The position numbers and the translations under genes are program-made. From Paragordius varius (lineage: Eukaryota; Animalia; Nematomorpha): a stretch of 64,000 nt of DNA. Below the pieces are notes generated by a model. It was not told where the DNA came from and made no database searches. It worked only from the letters and a program-made list of their open reading frames with translations. Within the stretch, counting starts at the first letter, position 1. The number at the start of each line of letters is the position of its first letter. Below, piece by piece: positions 1-40,850 of this stretch. The stretch covers positions 3,348,001 through 3,412,000 of the forward strand of contig OZ176058.1 of NCBI GenBank assembly GCA_964247055.1, read 5' to 3'.

Positions 1-76
1 ATTGTTTGAGGGTGAATTTGAATTGTTTGAGGGTGAATTTGAAATGTTTAAGGGTGGATTTGAATTGTAAATGGTA
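1..76. mobile_element. Right end of a MITE-A copy (TIR ...GTAAATGG|TA with 20-21 bp subterminal repeats)
   Basis: GAATTGTTTGAGGGT repeats ending TGTAAATGGTATA; same end as the complete copies at 35816-36082 and 42017-42314. Confidence 0.75.
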
Positions 77-431
77 TATAAAGATAAAAATGTTTTTTTC
101 TTTAAAGAATATCCTTATATTTTTAAAACCTTTTTAATTTATTCTATAAAAGTTATATCAATCGTAAAATACATAATTGATTGTGTTATTAATTTTCACC
201 TCTATTTCTATACTTTGTAGTTTAAAACTTATATTTTAAAATGAAATAAAGAGATTAAAGTATGAGGAATTGTTTTTTATAGGAAAAATTTATTATTTGA
301 CTTTATATTTTTACGTTTTCCATATTAATTGTATAAATTTTTGCTGTATTAATTTTTATGCAAAAAATCAAAATTATTACTTCAAAACTGAAAAATTTTA
401 TTTAAAAAATTTTTTTTCACGCGTTTTTTAG

Positions 432-27606
<27,175 letters not shown>

Positions 27607-29341
27607 AAAATATTGGTTTTATGCGTCTTTATATTGGTGAATGGAGAAAAAAACGTATTTATAGACCTAAAAGGCAAAATAAATGATACTACTGTCTAAC
27701 ATATACGGACAAATCGAAAAAATAATAAGACAAATATTTTTATCTAAAAACTTTTTTATAAACCTTGATTTTTCCTATATAAGCTATTTAGTTACAAGTG
27801 TAAAATAAAGAATTAATTGTGTTAGTAATATATATCTCTATTTCAAATATTTGCAATGATTTATATTGAAATAAATCAAGATTTAAAAAATATAATTGTC
27901 TTTTGAAAAAATATTTGTCTTTATATTTTTACGTTTTGTCCGTATAATTTCAGTTTTTAATGTAATTTTTTCTTCATTCACCAATTTACAAAGACTTTAT
28001 TACCACTCATTTGTCTCGAAAAATATGTTGTTGCGTCAATATATACATAATTTATAATTTCCAGAAAATAAATTATTGTTATATTAAATAAATTATTTAT
28101 GTAATTTGGAAAAAGTTTTTTGGATACATTTATAACCTTTAGAGGTTTTAATAATTATCTAATCGATATCTTTGGAAATTTAAATTGTATTTTTATATAG
28201 AACATTGTTCTATATTATGTCCCTGAAAACTTTTGGTTTATTTTATAATCCTCAATAATATATTTCGAATAAAAATGGTCTTTAATATATTTATACATTT
28301 TTTATACATGGTTTATATTACTAATTTAGACATCTGCATTAAGTTTTAGCGACCAAACTTTAAATCTTAAGAATTGTGAATTTGTAACAATCTATTATGT
28401 ATTTTACAATTGTCTATAATTTATATAGGAAAAATTGTAAAAGACTATGGTATGATTCTTTAAAAAGTAGCTTATGTTTTTATGTTCTGTATCTATGATT
28501 TCAATTTTTACTGTAATATTCAGCGCAAAAATACCAAAAATTTAATACATAAGGCCCAAAAGTTCCAAATTTTTTAACAATGGGCTAGTTTTTTAAAATA
28601 AAAGCAATATACATATGCTTGATTGTGAAATCGAAAAAAAAATTAAAAATGCTTGATATTCAAAATTAAAATTTTGTTGAAGCACACTTTGTAACTATTT
28701 TGAGGCATGATGGAAACGGTATAAATGTTATTAAAAAATATTATGAAATCACTTTTTCTATATAATTCAATAATGCCGAATTTTTTATCACCTCAGAATT
28801 TTGAGAAAAAAGTTAATTAACTTTGATTTCGATAAAATAATATTAATCGTTTCTATGATATCATAAAATTTTTATACCGTCTTCAGGCTTTTAAATACCA
28901 CCGTGTACGCTTTAACAATATTTATATTTTAAAATTGAAAATAGTATGCATTTTTTCGATTTTTTTGTGCCCCATCCTAGCTTATATTGAAAATTGTTTT
29001 GCATAAATTCGGCATTTTGCTTTTTAAAACTATCTTATTTTAGAGGTGCTCAAAATTTACGGAGTCTGCATCTAAAAAATTGTTTATATTATTTCACTTT
29101 TCAAATATGGTTTATGAAATAATTTAATTAAATTTGAAATGAAACATTTTATTACAAATTAAATTTATTTGATACAGCACCCAATTAATTACTGGCTCAT
29201 TCATATTAAGTTAGCCAATTAGCAATTCAGTAGCCTATAATATAAAACAAATTTTATCGATAATTAATTAACCAATTTTATGTTGTAAGAGAATATGTTC
29301 ATCACTTTTTGTACATATTGGAGTAGTTTCAAAAACTCTCT

Positions 29342-29910
29342 GTTTTGAAAGTTATTTATAGTTAAAATATTATTAAAGATTGTTCTCATGTAATACTATG
29401 CTTTGTAATTTCTAGGTCTAAAATTACAGCTTAAAACACGATTAAACTAAACAGCTAATTTTTAAATCAATTAATATCAAGTTTTGCTGGTAAAATGAAA
29501 CCTAAAAGCTTATTTGATTTAATATTTTTTAAGTTTTATAAGCATAATATACTTTATTTGCCCATTCTATAAGCGAATTAAAAAAAAATGGCGGCGAAAA
29601 AGCTTGAGTTTTTTTACATTTTTAAAACAAGGTTTTGAAAGTTATTTATAGTTAAAATATTATTGACTATTGTTCTTATGTAATACTATGCTTTGTAATT
29701 TCTTGGACAAAAATTGGGACAGCTTGAAATACGATTAAATTAAATAACTAATTTTCAAATCAATTAATATCAAGTTTTTGCTGGTAATATTAAACCAAGC
29801 TTATTTGAAATTTTTTTAAATATTATATATACTTTATTTCCCCATTTTATAAGCGAATTAAAAAATTAAGACAAAAATGGCGGCGAAAAAGCTTGAGTTT
29901 TTTTACATTA
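29342..29910. repeat. Direct tandem duplication of about 290 bp
   Basis: GTTTTGAAAGTTATTTATAGTTAAAATATTATT...AAAATGGCGGCGAAAAAGCTTGAGTTTTTTTACATT at about 29342-29620 and 29632-29910. Confidence 0.9.
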
Positions 29911-30548
29911 AAACAATTTTTTGTATTATGCGCCTAAAAATTTAAAGAAAGCATATTTTATTTGGCCTAATACCTTAAGAACGTTTTAAAATATAATTTC
30001 ATATCGTTCTGGGAGATAAAACTAATCTCAATAGGTCATGAAGTGTTTACCATATCCATTCGTTTTTTTTCATTCACTACTCTATTACCAATTGGGCAAA
30101 AAAAATTTGTAATGATCAGCAATAAAGTGTATACTATATAATGTGTGCTAATTTTTATTTTCCGATATTGAGCAATTAATACAAAATGCAATTACTTTCT
30201 TATATCAGTCTTAAGCCCCAAAATGAGGAATAAGAATTATTTTTTAGAATATCTATATTTAGTCAAGAATTTTTTTGTGTCCGCTATGTAATATACTCTA
30301 GCCCAAAGTAAAATTATTTCAACTTAAAGATAATATTTAAGTCTAATGGTCATAAAAGAAAGAAGTTAAAAAAGTAATTGATTTGGTATTAAAATAAAAT
30401 TTTAGATTTGATTTTGGCTATTTATTTAAAAGATAAAGCGATAACTATTTGTAAAATCGAAACCCCATTCCTTGCACATACAATCTAATCATATATGTTA
30501 ATTTATTTACAAAAATATAAATTATAAAAAATTTAGATGCACTCTCTA

Positions 30549-31588
30549 TTATATTATAAATGATTCATGGCTCATTAAAAAGAAAATTTTTTCTTTTGGT
30601 ACTGGGACGTAACGTTGTGAAGACATTCGGAATAATTTAAGGTCGTCGCAAAGATTGAAATGTTTGATTATTTGATTGATAAATTCCAAATATTTTTGCT
30701 TATTTTCTGTTTCGTCTGTCCCATTGGTTGTCGGTAATGGAAAGATAGTAGGGTCATCTTGAGGAATTTCGGTTTTTTCATTCGGTTCATCTTGCCATTC
30801 ATAGAAAAAAGTTAAATCAAAAAAGGCACAAGGGCGCTCAGGAAAATGCTTTGTTGTGTTTGAACTGTGGTGACATTTCTCAACTATTATTTTATCATCA
30901 TCTGTTCCTTTACATACAAGGGAATGGTTAGGAACATAGGTATTATCGCCAGTTGGCGTCCAATTCGCTTCAATGATGTCTGCTAATATGTGACACAATC
31001 GGATAAAAATTTGTCGGGCATATTGGATATTTATTGCATAGAGCGGGGCAATGTTGTAACCTATGTGACGAGGTCTTAGCACACCATAACCCAAACATTC
31101 AATTAATGGTTCATCTGAATCTACAACATCGTTTATATTATTCGATAGAAGAGGGTTAAGTTTTGCCAATATGGTATTGCTTTTCTTTTTCCCTTTTTGA
31201 CCGGTTTTAAAGACTGCAACAGTGTGTGTATGATCGTGTGAAGTCAAGAGTGTTTTTAAAAAGGCTCCTCTATCACCTTGATGAATGCTTCGATCAAATT
31301 CTACCAATTTCTCCCAATAAACTGGCTCAAGGCCAGGAAAGTTTGCTGAATTTATGTGCATAGTTTCAATTTTATAGGTTATGTTGTCCGAAGTGTTAAC
31401 TTTATTGGTCCCACTTATTTTGCGAGCCTTAAATTTGAAAATTCGATTTGCTGTATTAGTTTTATCAATATTATTATCAATGTTATCATCATCACCGGTT
31501 GTTACATCTTTCGTGTTTTCATTGTCCGGTTCCTCAAATATTGATCGCAACTGCTCAGGGAAAACATACAAGTATTGAGCAATGAGGG
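30549..31588 (-). CDS. GNAT gene exon 3 (C-terminal GNAT-like domain)
   Basis: ttttag|CC CTC ATT GCT CAA TAC..., extending the listed ORF upstream in frame; TAA at 30551-30549. Confidence 0.8.
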
Positions 31589-33544
31589 CTAAAAATGTTA
31601 TATTATACGATAATTAGATTTAAATTCATTCTAAATTTCAAAATTTTCTGCAGTTGTATGGCAAGCGTGGCAAGTTGAGCAAGTAAGTAAGTGTACACTT
31701 GAAGATTTGTGATAAAAAACAATTAAGTCAAGTCTCTTGCTAATGTAACATTTTTTGCCAGCCATTTCGAATTTTACGGAAATTTTTTTGATCATTTTTA
31801 GCAAAAATTTATGAAATAAAGCACAAAAAGATTAACAATTAATACAATATTGAAGTTTTTTAAACTCACTGGCACGTAACACGATTTATTTATTGATAAG
31901 AGTGTGAATATTACCTTTATCGTAAACAGTTAAACCAAGTTTAATGTCAGGCTCTACCCGAGATTTGACCGCATTAACGAGTAGACTGTAATCACCAATA
32001 TATTCCTTCCTGAGGCGCCATAATTGACTGCCTATTCCTTTGCATCGATATCGACTATCTACGTAAAACATACCTCCGGACGCCATTGTGTTCTCGTCAA
32101 ACTTAATGGCTAGAATTGAGCCTGGTATGCAAACAAAGTAAAATAATTACAAAATACAGGGGATGGGGGGGGAATGTGAAAGTCTTCTATTTTGTGGAAT
32201 CAATCATATTTTTGTTTATTACATTATATATACAGTAAAAACTGATATTTTACGGACACAAGGTAAAAAATATAAGGACAAATATTTTTTTCTAAAAGAC
32301 AACCATACTTTTTGAATCTTGATTATTTCAAATATAACTCATTGTTTTAAATGGCAAAGTTTGATTAGTGCTCTGACAATCAATTCTTTATTTTACAATT
32401 GTAACTAAAAGAAAAATTAAGGTTTTAAAATGTATGGTGGTTTTTTTGATAAAAATATTTGTCTTTATAATACGTTTTGTCCGTATAACTTCAATTTTAA
32501 CTTAAAAATATGCGCCAAACTATTTGTGTTGAACAGCCCTGGTTTAAACATCATTGTAAATGGTAATTTAGTAATTATTGATAGTTTATTATACATTTTT
32601 TTTCCAAATATCCGATTTTATATGAGCATATCAAAATTCAGTTTGGTATTGGGAGGAAATAAATAATTATCTCGATAAATTACAGTAAAAATTGAAATTA
32701 TGCGGACAAAACGTAAAAATATAATAACAAATATTTTTTTAAACAACCATTTTTTTGAACCTTAATTTTTTTATATAAAACTAATTGTTTTAAACTGCAA
32801 ACTATAAAATAAAAATGTAAATTGGTAGCACACGTCTACGATTGTAATTAAATATTTTATATAGCAAAAATTAAGGTTTTAAAAGTATGGTTGATTTTTA
32901 AAAAAAATATTTGTCTTTATATTTTTACGTTTTGTCCGTATAGTATTGTTATATATTAAAATTATTTGGCAAAAAATATACCAAATCTTTTTAATTTAAT
33001 ATAAAAAAATTTTAATACTTTGTAATTAATTACCTATGATTTGATTGTTGGATAACAGTTTAGCGATAAAAAATCCGTCGGGATAATGCAAAAAGATATC
33101 TTTCAAGAAATCTGGATGAGTTTTTGTACCCAATTCCCGGTAACGCATTTTACATATTATATCAATGTCTCCAGGTTGGGCCAAACAAATCTTATAAGCC
33201 AATTCGTGATTTTCATACAAAACTTTTTCGTCCCCGACCCCAGAAGATTTAGAATTAGAAACGTTATTGAGAATTTTGATTTCATTGCAATTTGGTTTTT
33301 CTCCGTTTATATCGATACCATTGTCGATTTTGTTCGTTGGACTAATATTATGAGAATTACCGTTCGATATTTCTTGTTTCGTTTCAAAATGGTGATTATT
33401 CGAATGTTCATTATTATCAATTTTTTGATCCGGTATATCTCCATTTTTGTGAATAGCCGAGTTATTCTTATCTGATTTATTTTTAAATTTCAGCGATTTT
33501 TCACGTGGGCTTAAATATTTTTTAAACATTTTTTTCATATTCAT
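30549..33544 (-). CDS. Tandem-GNAT N-acetyltransferase (YitH/Acetyltransf_18-like), about 585 aa, 3 coding exons
   Basis: Exons 33544-33034, 32121-31915 and 31588-30549; both introns GT-AG phase 1; 1758 nt in frame. GNAT motif A VDSRYRCKGIGSQLW, PDGFFIAKL..NQIIGS; C-terminal FDRSIHQGDRGAFL...GYGVLRP..IGYNIAPLYA. The start ATG choice (33544) is inferred. Confidence 0.8.
31915..32121 (-). CDS. GNAT gene exon 2 (acetyl-CoA binding motif A)
   Basis: ccag|GC TCA ATT...GAT AAA G|gtaata. Confidence 0.82.
33034..33544 (-). CDS. GNAT gene coding exon 1 (Asn-rich N-terminus plus start of the GNAT domain)
   Basis: Ends ...NQIIG|gtaatt (donor at 33033). Confidence 0.75.
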
Positions 33545-35815
33545 CACAGTTAGTTGTTTTTTATCACAGGATAAAGTAGGCAAAAAAATAATTTTTAAAA
33601 AAGTGTTTTTGGAAAAGATATTATAATCCTTTGATATCTATATATATAAACACAGATTTATTCAAGATATTATTATTCAATCAAATCAAAGGTAATCGTT
33701 TTTCTTACATCATATAAATTATAAATATGCATTACAAAACTATTTCACCTTAATAAATATACAACTTATATATATATGTATATATAGGTATCCCCACACC
33801 TCAAAAGGTAAAAAAAATCCATTGAACTTTTTAAGTGTATCAATACCTATTTTTTGCTTCTTTAAAACAATATTTTACGGTATATATTGATATGTTTTGT
33901 ACTGATAAACACAAACCCTGTATAGTTAAAATTTTATCCTACATTTTACTAATTTCATTTTATTACATATTTTCTTTCCATGATTATTGATTAACAGATA
34001 ATATCTGTTTACTAATTGGTTTGTTAAAGGAAGTTTTAAAACGAATAAACCATTTTCAAGGGTTTTATGATTTGAGATGTATGTTATGGTTATCAATTAC
34101 CATTTTTAATTTAAAAGTGAAAAAAAAATATTTCATATATTATTGAAGCGATATTTTAAAATTTAAAAAAAAGTCAGGATAGATAAAATTAAAAAAAAAC
34201 TTTAATCTAATAAGTAGTTATATAAAGTGAGAAAGGTTGGAAAACAGATATCAAATTATTTTTTTGTCGAAAATTTTTGGCAAAAAAAAATTTTATAGGG
34301 GGCCGGTACCTTTGTTGTTAATTATATGATTTAAAAAAATTTTATGGGTTAATTTGAAAATTTTCCCCCAATGTAAAATTATGGAACCAAATATTTTCGA
34401 TTGTTTTAATCAAACCTACCCTCCTAAATAATTCTGCAGTCGGAAATTTTAAATGCAATACGAAATTTAGGTAAAATTATTTTTTTAAACAAATTTTTTT
34501 GATTAAATTTATCTTAGCACTGAACCAGAAAATATTGTTAAGATCATAAATAGTTTTTACAGTCTTATGTATAAAATCTAAAATATACCATTTAAAGTTC
34601 AAATTTATCCTTACTAAATTTACTCTTGAATAATTCAAATTCCCCTTCGAATTATTCATTCTAAAATAAATTATGTGTTTTTTATGATTAAAGTTATCTA
34701 TATTTTTAAATTTTTTTATAAATTAATTTACTTAAAAATAATATGATACTGAAAAAATATAAACTATCCCATAAGAATATATTTTTTATTAATGATGAGA
34801 TTTATTAGCTCAAAAACACATAATTTATTTTTAGGGTGAATTATTTGAATTGTAAATAGTATATTAGTATGCGTCCGGTGGGTTTTTCGATCAATGCGGC
34901 CGCTAAGCCATTTGTATTGGACACCCCTGGTTTAAATTATTACGTACATAAATTATAAGAAAGGTAATGACGAAAGATTATTAATATTTCAAAAATTCGT
35001 AGGTTGCGAAAAATCCACTTATAGAAATATCAAATGTTTGGTTGAAATTTCGGTATTTAGACTATTTTTTTAAAGATTACCTATAAATAATGACCGCAAA
35101 AACTTAAAACACATTTCTCTATTTTTTGGTTTACTAAAAAAATTGATTCTTTTTATTATCCCTGGACTTAAATTCCCCTTAAAGAGAGTGTGCAGCCCTT
35201 CGAAATATTTCGGCAGTCCAAATAAAAAAATTATAATTTATAAATTATCTATTAACAAAATCTAAGTAATATTGAGTTTAAACAATTTTCGCAACAATAC
35301 ATTCCAAATTTTGGCATTGAGAAATAGCTAAAATGATTCAAATATCATTTAGTTATTATTGTCAACGAGAAAGAATATTTTGTGTTAAAATAATAATTTG
35401 ATTCGCGTAAAATTTATTAGATTGAACTATATTGTACATGAAAACCATTAAAATATTTATTAATGCCAATATATTTCTTGAACGTTCGTCGGATTTTTTG
35501 AGTCATACATGCGGCATGCTGGTTTTCGACACCCCTGTTTCAAGATAAAACCCTAAAATAATAACAGTAATAAACTAACCGGCCAATAGCGATTTTTAAA
35601 ACTTAGCGCTACCCAGTGCAAATTTTTTATTTTTACACAAAAATATTATGATATATGGAATATTTTTCAACGTTTGTATAAAATTATCAAAAAAAATATC
35701 CATTATTTGAAAATTAAATTTTAAATATTTTTAAAAAAAAATTATAAAAAAAATAATGAAACAAAGCCAACCACAACGATTTTATTTTTATAGTTTAGAG
35801 GCGATTTTTTATATA

Positions 35816-36082
35816 TACCATTTACAATTCAAATTCACCCTTAAAATGAATTATGTGTTTTCGGGCTTATATAACTCATCATTAAAATGAAATATATTTT
35901 AATGGCATAGTTTATTATTTTTTCGGTAATATTTTAATTTTAATCGAAATTTAATTTTTAAAAAATATAAAAAAATATAAGTAATTTTTAATCTTAAAAA
36001 CAATAAATCTATTTTAGGGTGAATTTGACTTGTTCGAGGGTGATTTTGAATGTTCAAGGGTGACTTCGAATCGTAAATGGTA
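35816..36082. mobile_element. MITE-A, complete copy with TA at both ends (family present about 12 times in the window)
   Basis: TA|CCATTTACAATTCAAATTCACCC...TCGTAAATGG|TA. Other copies or ends at 3540-3677, 14470-14792, 26000-26323, 34580-34862, 40873-41393, 41590-41860, 42017-42314, 52957-53257 and 63540-63780. Confidence 0.85.
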
Positions 36083-37349
36083 TATATTAAAATCATATCC
36101 CTACAACCCAATAATTTCTCTTACAACCTCAATTATTACAATTTTATTTTAAAAAATTTGCTAAAAGATAAAAAAATAAAAAAATGATAACATTTTAGAG
36201 ATCAATAAAAAATTCACCTTTCAAATTTCAATTATGGGACAGTTAATTAAAATTTGGGGCATAAATTTATATTTTACATATCTTTATAGATCATTTAAAC
36301 CAGGGAAGGCCGATACGCGACCCTCTAAGGATGTGCGGCCCCCGAAAAATCTGGATATCCACAAAAATATGCTTATAAAATCTAGTAATATCACCATTTC
36401 TTAAACAATTTTGCTAATTATTGTCTATCAGGCAAGAACACCTGAAAAATTGTTTGTTATATTTGCTTCCATTATACAGTCTAACATTTGAAAACTAATA
36501 AAATATATATGAATGCCCATATATTTTTTTAGTATCCATTTGTGTTGGACACCTCTGATTTATATATCATTACTATTGTTTTACGGGGGTTTTAATGTTA
36601 AATGATTGGTTGTTAAATTAGGTTCAATTTAAAAACCCGTTTTTTGGGAACGTATTTTATATTGTCAAATTGAAACATTTATACCTGTTATATTTTTTTG
36701 TAAAGATGCTTAACTTTATAAAAGAAAAGTTTTTATTTTAGCGATTTAATAGAATCGTTTTAATAAATACGTAAAAATTAATTATACAGACAAACATATA
36801 TTTTATGCATTTTAATGGTTGGTTATTTCAAACTATTATAGTTTGGAATTCGTAAACAGGAGTGTATGGAAAAAAAGAATGGAAAAAAATATTTATTCAA
36901 CATTTTGTTGTTTTATTTTCCATACACTACTGTGTTGCGAATCGCCCAACTATAGTGTGAAATAATCAAGCATTAAAATGCATACTGTAAAAACATTTTT
37001 TTATAATAGACATCCATATATTTTAACATGTACAGTAAAAAATGAAATTATACGGACAAATCGTAAAAATATAAAGACAAATATTATTTCTAAATGACAA
37101 CCATAAATTTGAGTCATGATTTTTTAAATGTAACTGATTGTTTTAAGCTGCAAAATAAATATAGAAATGAAAAATTGGTAGCACAATTAATTATATAGTT
37201 AACGATTGTAATTAATATTTTATATAGCAAAAATTAAAAAAAATATTTGTCTTTCTGTTGCGTTTTGTCCGTATAAATTTCAGTTTTTACTGTATTTTAC
37301 ACCTCGGTTTTCCTAAACACACAATTTATATATAAATAACTAGCGTAAA

Positions 37350-38870
37350 TCTCGTGCTGCTACCCACCCCAAGGAAGTCCTTGGGACTTCTGGGGGGCTA
37401 TTTGAACAAAGGGACAATAAAATGATCCATATATGTGGTTTATTTCTAAACATTATTTAATAGCCATGATCTCATAGAATTTTCAAAACGGTGCATTCAT
37501 ACTAATATATTGTTTACCTCTGCAAAGGCCCCAAATTGACGGCTAACGGAAAAGCTATACTATAATTTTAACCTTTTTATGGGTAATATTTAAAGCCTTT
37601 ATTGAACTCGTATGGCTTCTTAAGTTTTTTGAAAATTAGCTCCAAAGCCAAGTCATTTTTATATGGAGAAACCGGTAACCCCTACCCATAGGCCTACACG
37701 GAAAAGCGCTAAGGTAAATTTTTTGCCTTTATAGGGAAAATATTTGGAATCATCTTAGACACCATCGTCTCATGGGTTATTCAAAAAGATACCTCAACAC
37801 TAAATAATGGGTATATGATGACATATATTTAGGGCATAAAGGCCTCACATTAACGGCTAATAAAAAAGGGGCCTGACCTTAATTCTCACTTAGTTACGGG
37901 TATTATTTCGAACTTTAAATGAGCTCCTATGGCATAAGTTTTAAATTAGTTCCAAAACAACGCAATTTCTATATAGTGGCACAGTTTTTGGCGGATAGCT
38001 TCTTGCCCAGAGGCAGGTTTAAAAGTCGGGCAAAATTTTTGTCCTTATATGGGAAATATCTGGAATTATAATATCCATATGCACCTAAAAGTTCTAGGAA
38101 ATATTGCTTGAAAACCAAAAATTTGTTCTATGGCAGCGAATTTTTCAGGAAGTAAAACTTTTCTTAGCGACTCATTGATATAACCCTCTATACTAAAATA
38201 TTTGTTTTTTAAGGGGTAATAAATATTTCAGGCCCTTAGGCATGATAAGTTTTCTGAAAATTAATTCCTAAACAACGCAATTTTGATATGGTGGCGCAGT
38301 TGTAGGCGGATAGCTCCCTACCCAGAAGCTGATACAAAAAAGCGCTTGATTAATGCCTTTTTACGGATAATAAAAACCATGATTGATTCCATATGTTCTC
38401 ATTAGTTTTCGGAAAAATGGCCTCAAATTAAAAAATTATTCTATGGTGGTGCATTTTTTAGGGAGTAAAGGGCCTATTTAACAGCTAGTTTAAAAAATCC
38501 GCTCGACTTATTTATTTTTTACGGGTGAAATTTTAAGCACGGATTGAATTCATATGGCCTGATAGGTCTTCTGAAATTTAGCCCCAAAGGCACGCTATTC
38601 CGATATGACGGGTCAGTTTTTAGCGGGTATTTCCATACCCAGCAGATATCATCAAAGAAACGCTTGACTAAAATTTTTGCCTTTTAACAGGGAATATGGA
38701 ATTATTATTGAATTTTTACGGTCTCATACTTTGGGCGAAAAATAGATTCAAAAAATTATTTTTGTGAACTTATTTTTTTTAAAAAAAATGGCATTTTACG
38801 GGGGGAGCGGGTAAAAAGAGGACCTAAATTAAAAAACGAGCCGACCATGTAAGGCGCAATCGAATATAAG
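37350..38870. repeat. Diverged tandem repeat, about 318-bp unit, about 5 copies, GC-richer than the flanks
   Basis: Anchors CTACCCA/TGCCCAG near 37362, 37682, 38003, 38318 and 38636. Shared AAAGCGCT, TTTTGCC, AAAGGCC, AACGGCTA, TTACGGGT, ATATGGC and CAACGCAATTT motifs. Confidence 0.75.
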
Positions 38871-40773
38871 TTTAAAAACATCATATTTGAAATCGAATGG
38901 TCCAACAAGTTTTCCGGAAAATTGTCTCAAAGACACGATAAACGAACTGGGAATTCAAAAAAGGGCGAAGTTATTGTCGGGGCATTCATTAATGATTTTT
39001 TCGACATTTGGATTTGAATGGGTCTACTGGTTTTCCGGAAACAGATCACAAAGCCACCACTTTTCATTTTTATAAATATATAGATTAAATACATTACCAA
39101 TTTACATAATCAAAATTGTCTTTAATTGTTTAAGTATTGTCAGTATATTTTCAATTTTAGCTGGAAATAAATTGCATATTCAATATTTCTAAATATTTGA
39201 TAAACTGAGAATATGTTCACCTTTATTAATTAATATTTTTGATTTTTATTGCAAAGCAAACAATATAACAAATTTTGTAGTTAGCAGTCTTGGATTTTTT
39301 TAAATTAAAATAATGTAACCAAAATACAACTTTTTTGACAAACTATGAATGGAAATAAAATTATTTCAGATAAGATAATTTAAAACCAGTAAAATATTTA
39401 ATTAAAAACTAGGTTAGGTTTCATAAAATTTAATACTTTAATTTTTTCACGTTCTACACTAGGGGTCAAATAACTCGAGAGCCGCATTTTCTCAAAAAAA
39501 TCGGGGCGGTGCAATAGCATTTATAATAGTTTATTAGATTTCAAACATAAGATTGCAAAAAGCAAGCGCAATATTACAATTTTCTAGTTCTTGCCAATTG
39601 GGTAGAAAAATTTAGTTTTTTTAAAAAAAATGTCAATTTTGCTAAGATTTTATTAGTTCATATATATTATTGCAAATTATGAATAAAATTTTCCCGGGCG
39701 GACCTGTTTTACACCATTACAGTTAACTATAAAATCAAAAAGTTTTTAGGGAATTTAAAATAGGTCCTGATATATGAAAACTAGTAAACTGAATTAAAAC
39801 TTGCTTGGAAAAAGTTAAAATATAAATTATTGACATGATAAACATACAGTAACGTATGTGGCGTAAAAAAGTTTGTCCATAATTAAATAAACAAAATTAA
39901 TTTTAGGGAACTTTGGAAAAAGATTTATATCAGCCGTTTGTTGTTTATTATCATACGCTACTGTAAACATATAGGGCAACTGGTTATTAATTCATCATAA
40001 GTCACTTAATTTCCCAGGTGTATAGTGAAATAATTATATATACCCCTAAAAATCAATAAAATATACAAATGTGTTTTTTTATAAATAACCCTTGTATTAT
40101 TAATAAATATAATATTATTAAAAAAGTATATACAATATGTTTTGCAATATTGTATATAATTTAAATCAATATTCGGCCTATATTTATTTGCGTATACATA
40201 TATTTTTTTGATAGATTATATATATTATAAATAACGATAATATTTTAATCGCATCGCATCACATTTTCTTCAAAAAAGTGGGCGTATAATTTATCATTTT
40301 GGCATATATTTATAAAAATTTTCTTTAAAATTTATTATTTTTTTGCTTTTCCCTTTGCATGTAAAATTGGAAGCACACCTGTAAATTCCAGGTAACAAAC
40401 GATCATATTTCAAGCTTTGTACAATTATTTTCCATTCTTCAATTTCAAAGTTAAAAGTAAATATATATATTAATTTTTTATTATATTAATTTTTATATAT
40501 TAATATTTTATTTTAATTCGCTGCAAAAAGCCAATAAAATGTTCTTTTAAAATCATATATTTTTTGTGGTGTACATTATACTACTACGAATGGCTAAATA
40601 TAAAAATTAGGCCAACAATTGAAGTCGGTCAGTGCTACCTGTTTTTTTGAATATGCGTTTTTTTTGCTTTTTTTCGCCATGAAAACTTTTTTAGATTTTT
40701 CGATAAACTTTCACTTTTTATAAAACCAAATTATCCTCAAAACATTATTTTTTAGCCATAAAAATGAGTTGAC

Positions 40774-40850
40774 ATGGATTGGGCTTTTGAAATGTCTCAG
40801 GTGTTAACTGTATCAGTGTCGAGTATCATTATAGCTTATGCCTCAAACAG
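40774..40850 (+). CDS. SPPL3: SPPL3 exon 1: MDWAFEMSQVLTVSVSSIIIAYASNR
   Basis: In-frame TAA upstream (40759-40761); donor GT at 40851. Confidence 0.85.

Noticed and set aside
31864-31914. Strong GTGAGT donor at 31869 (minus strand) downstream of GNAT exon 2, suggesting stop-codon readthrough or a variant genetic code
   Set aside because: Using it would include an in-frame TAA. TAA is a normal stop in VPS4, SPPL3 and this gene, and the donor at 31914 gives a clean in-frame model.
31356-33475. Plus-strand ORFs 31356-31544, 31381-31578 and 33086-33475
   Set aside because: Antisense to the GNAT exons; a by-product of codon bias.
38881-39060. GC-richer island with a protein-like minus-strand stretch (FSGKLVGPF), possibly a decayed transposase fragment
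   Set aside because: Too short, has stops and frameshifts, and shows no DDE motif; it cannot be supported without a search.
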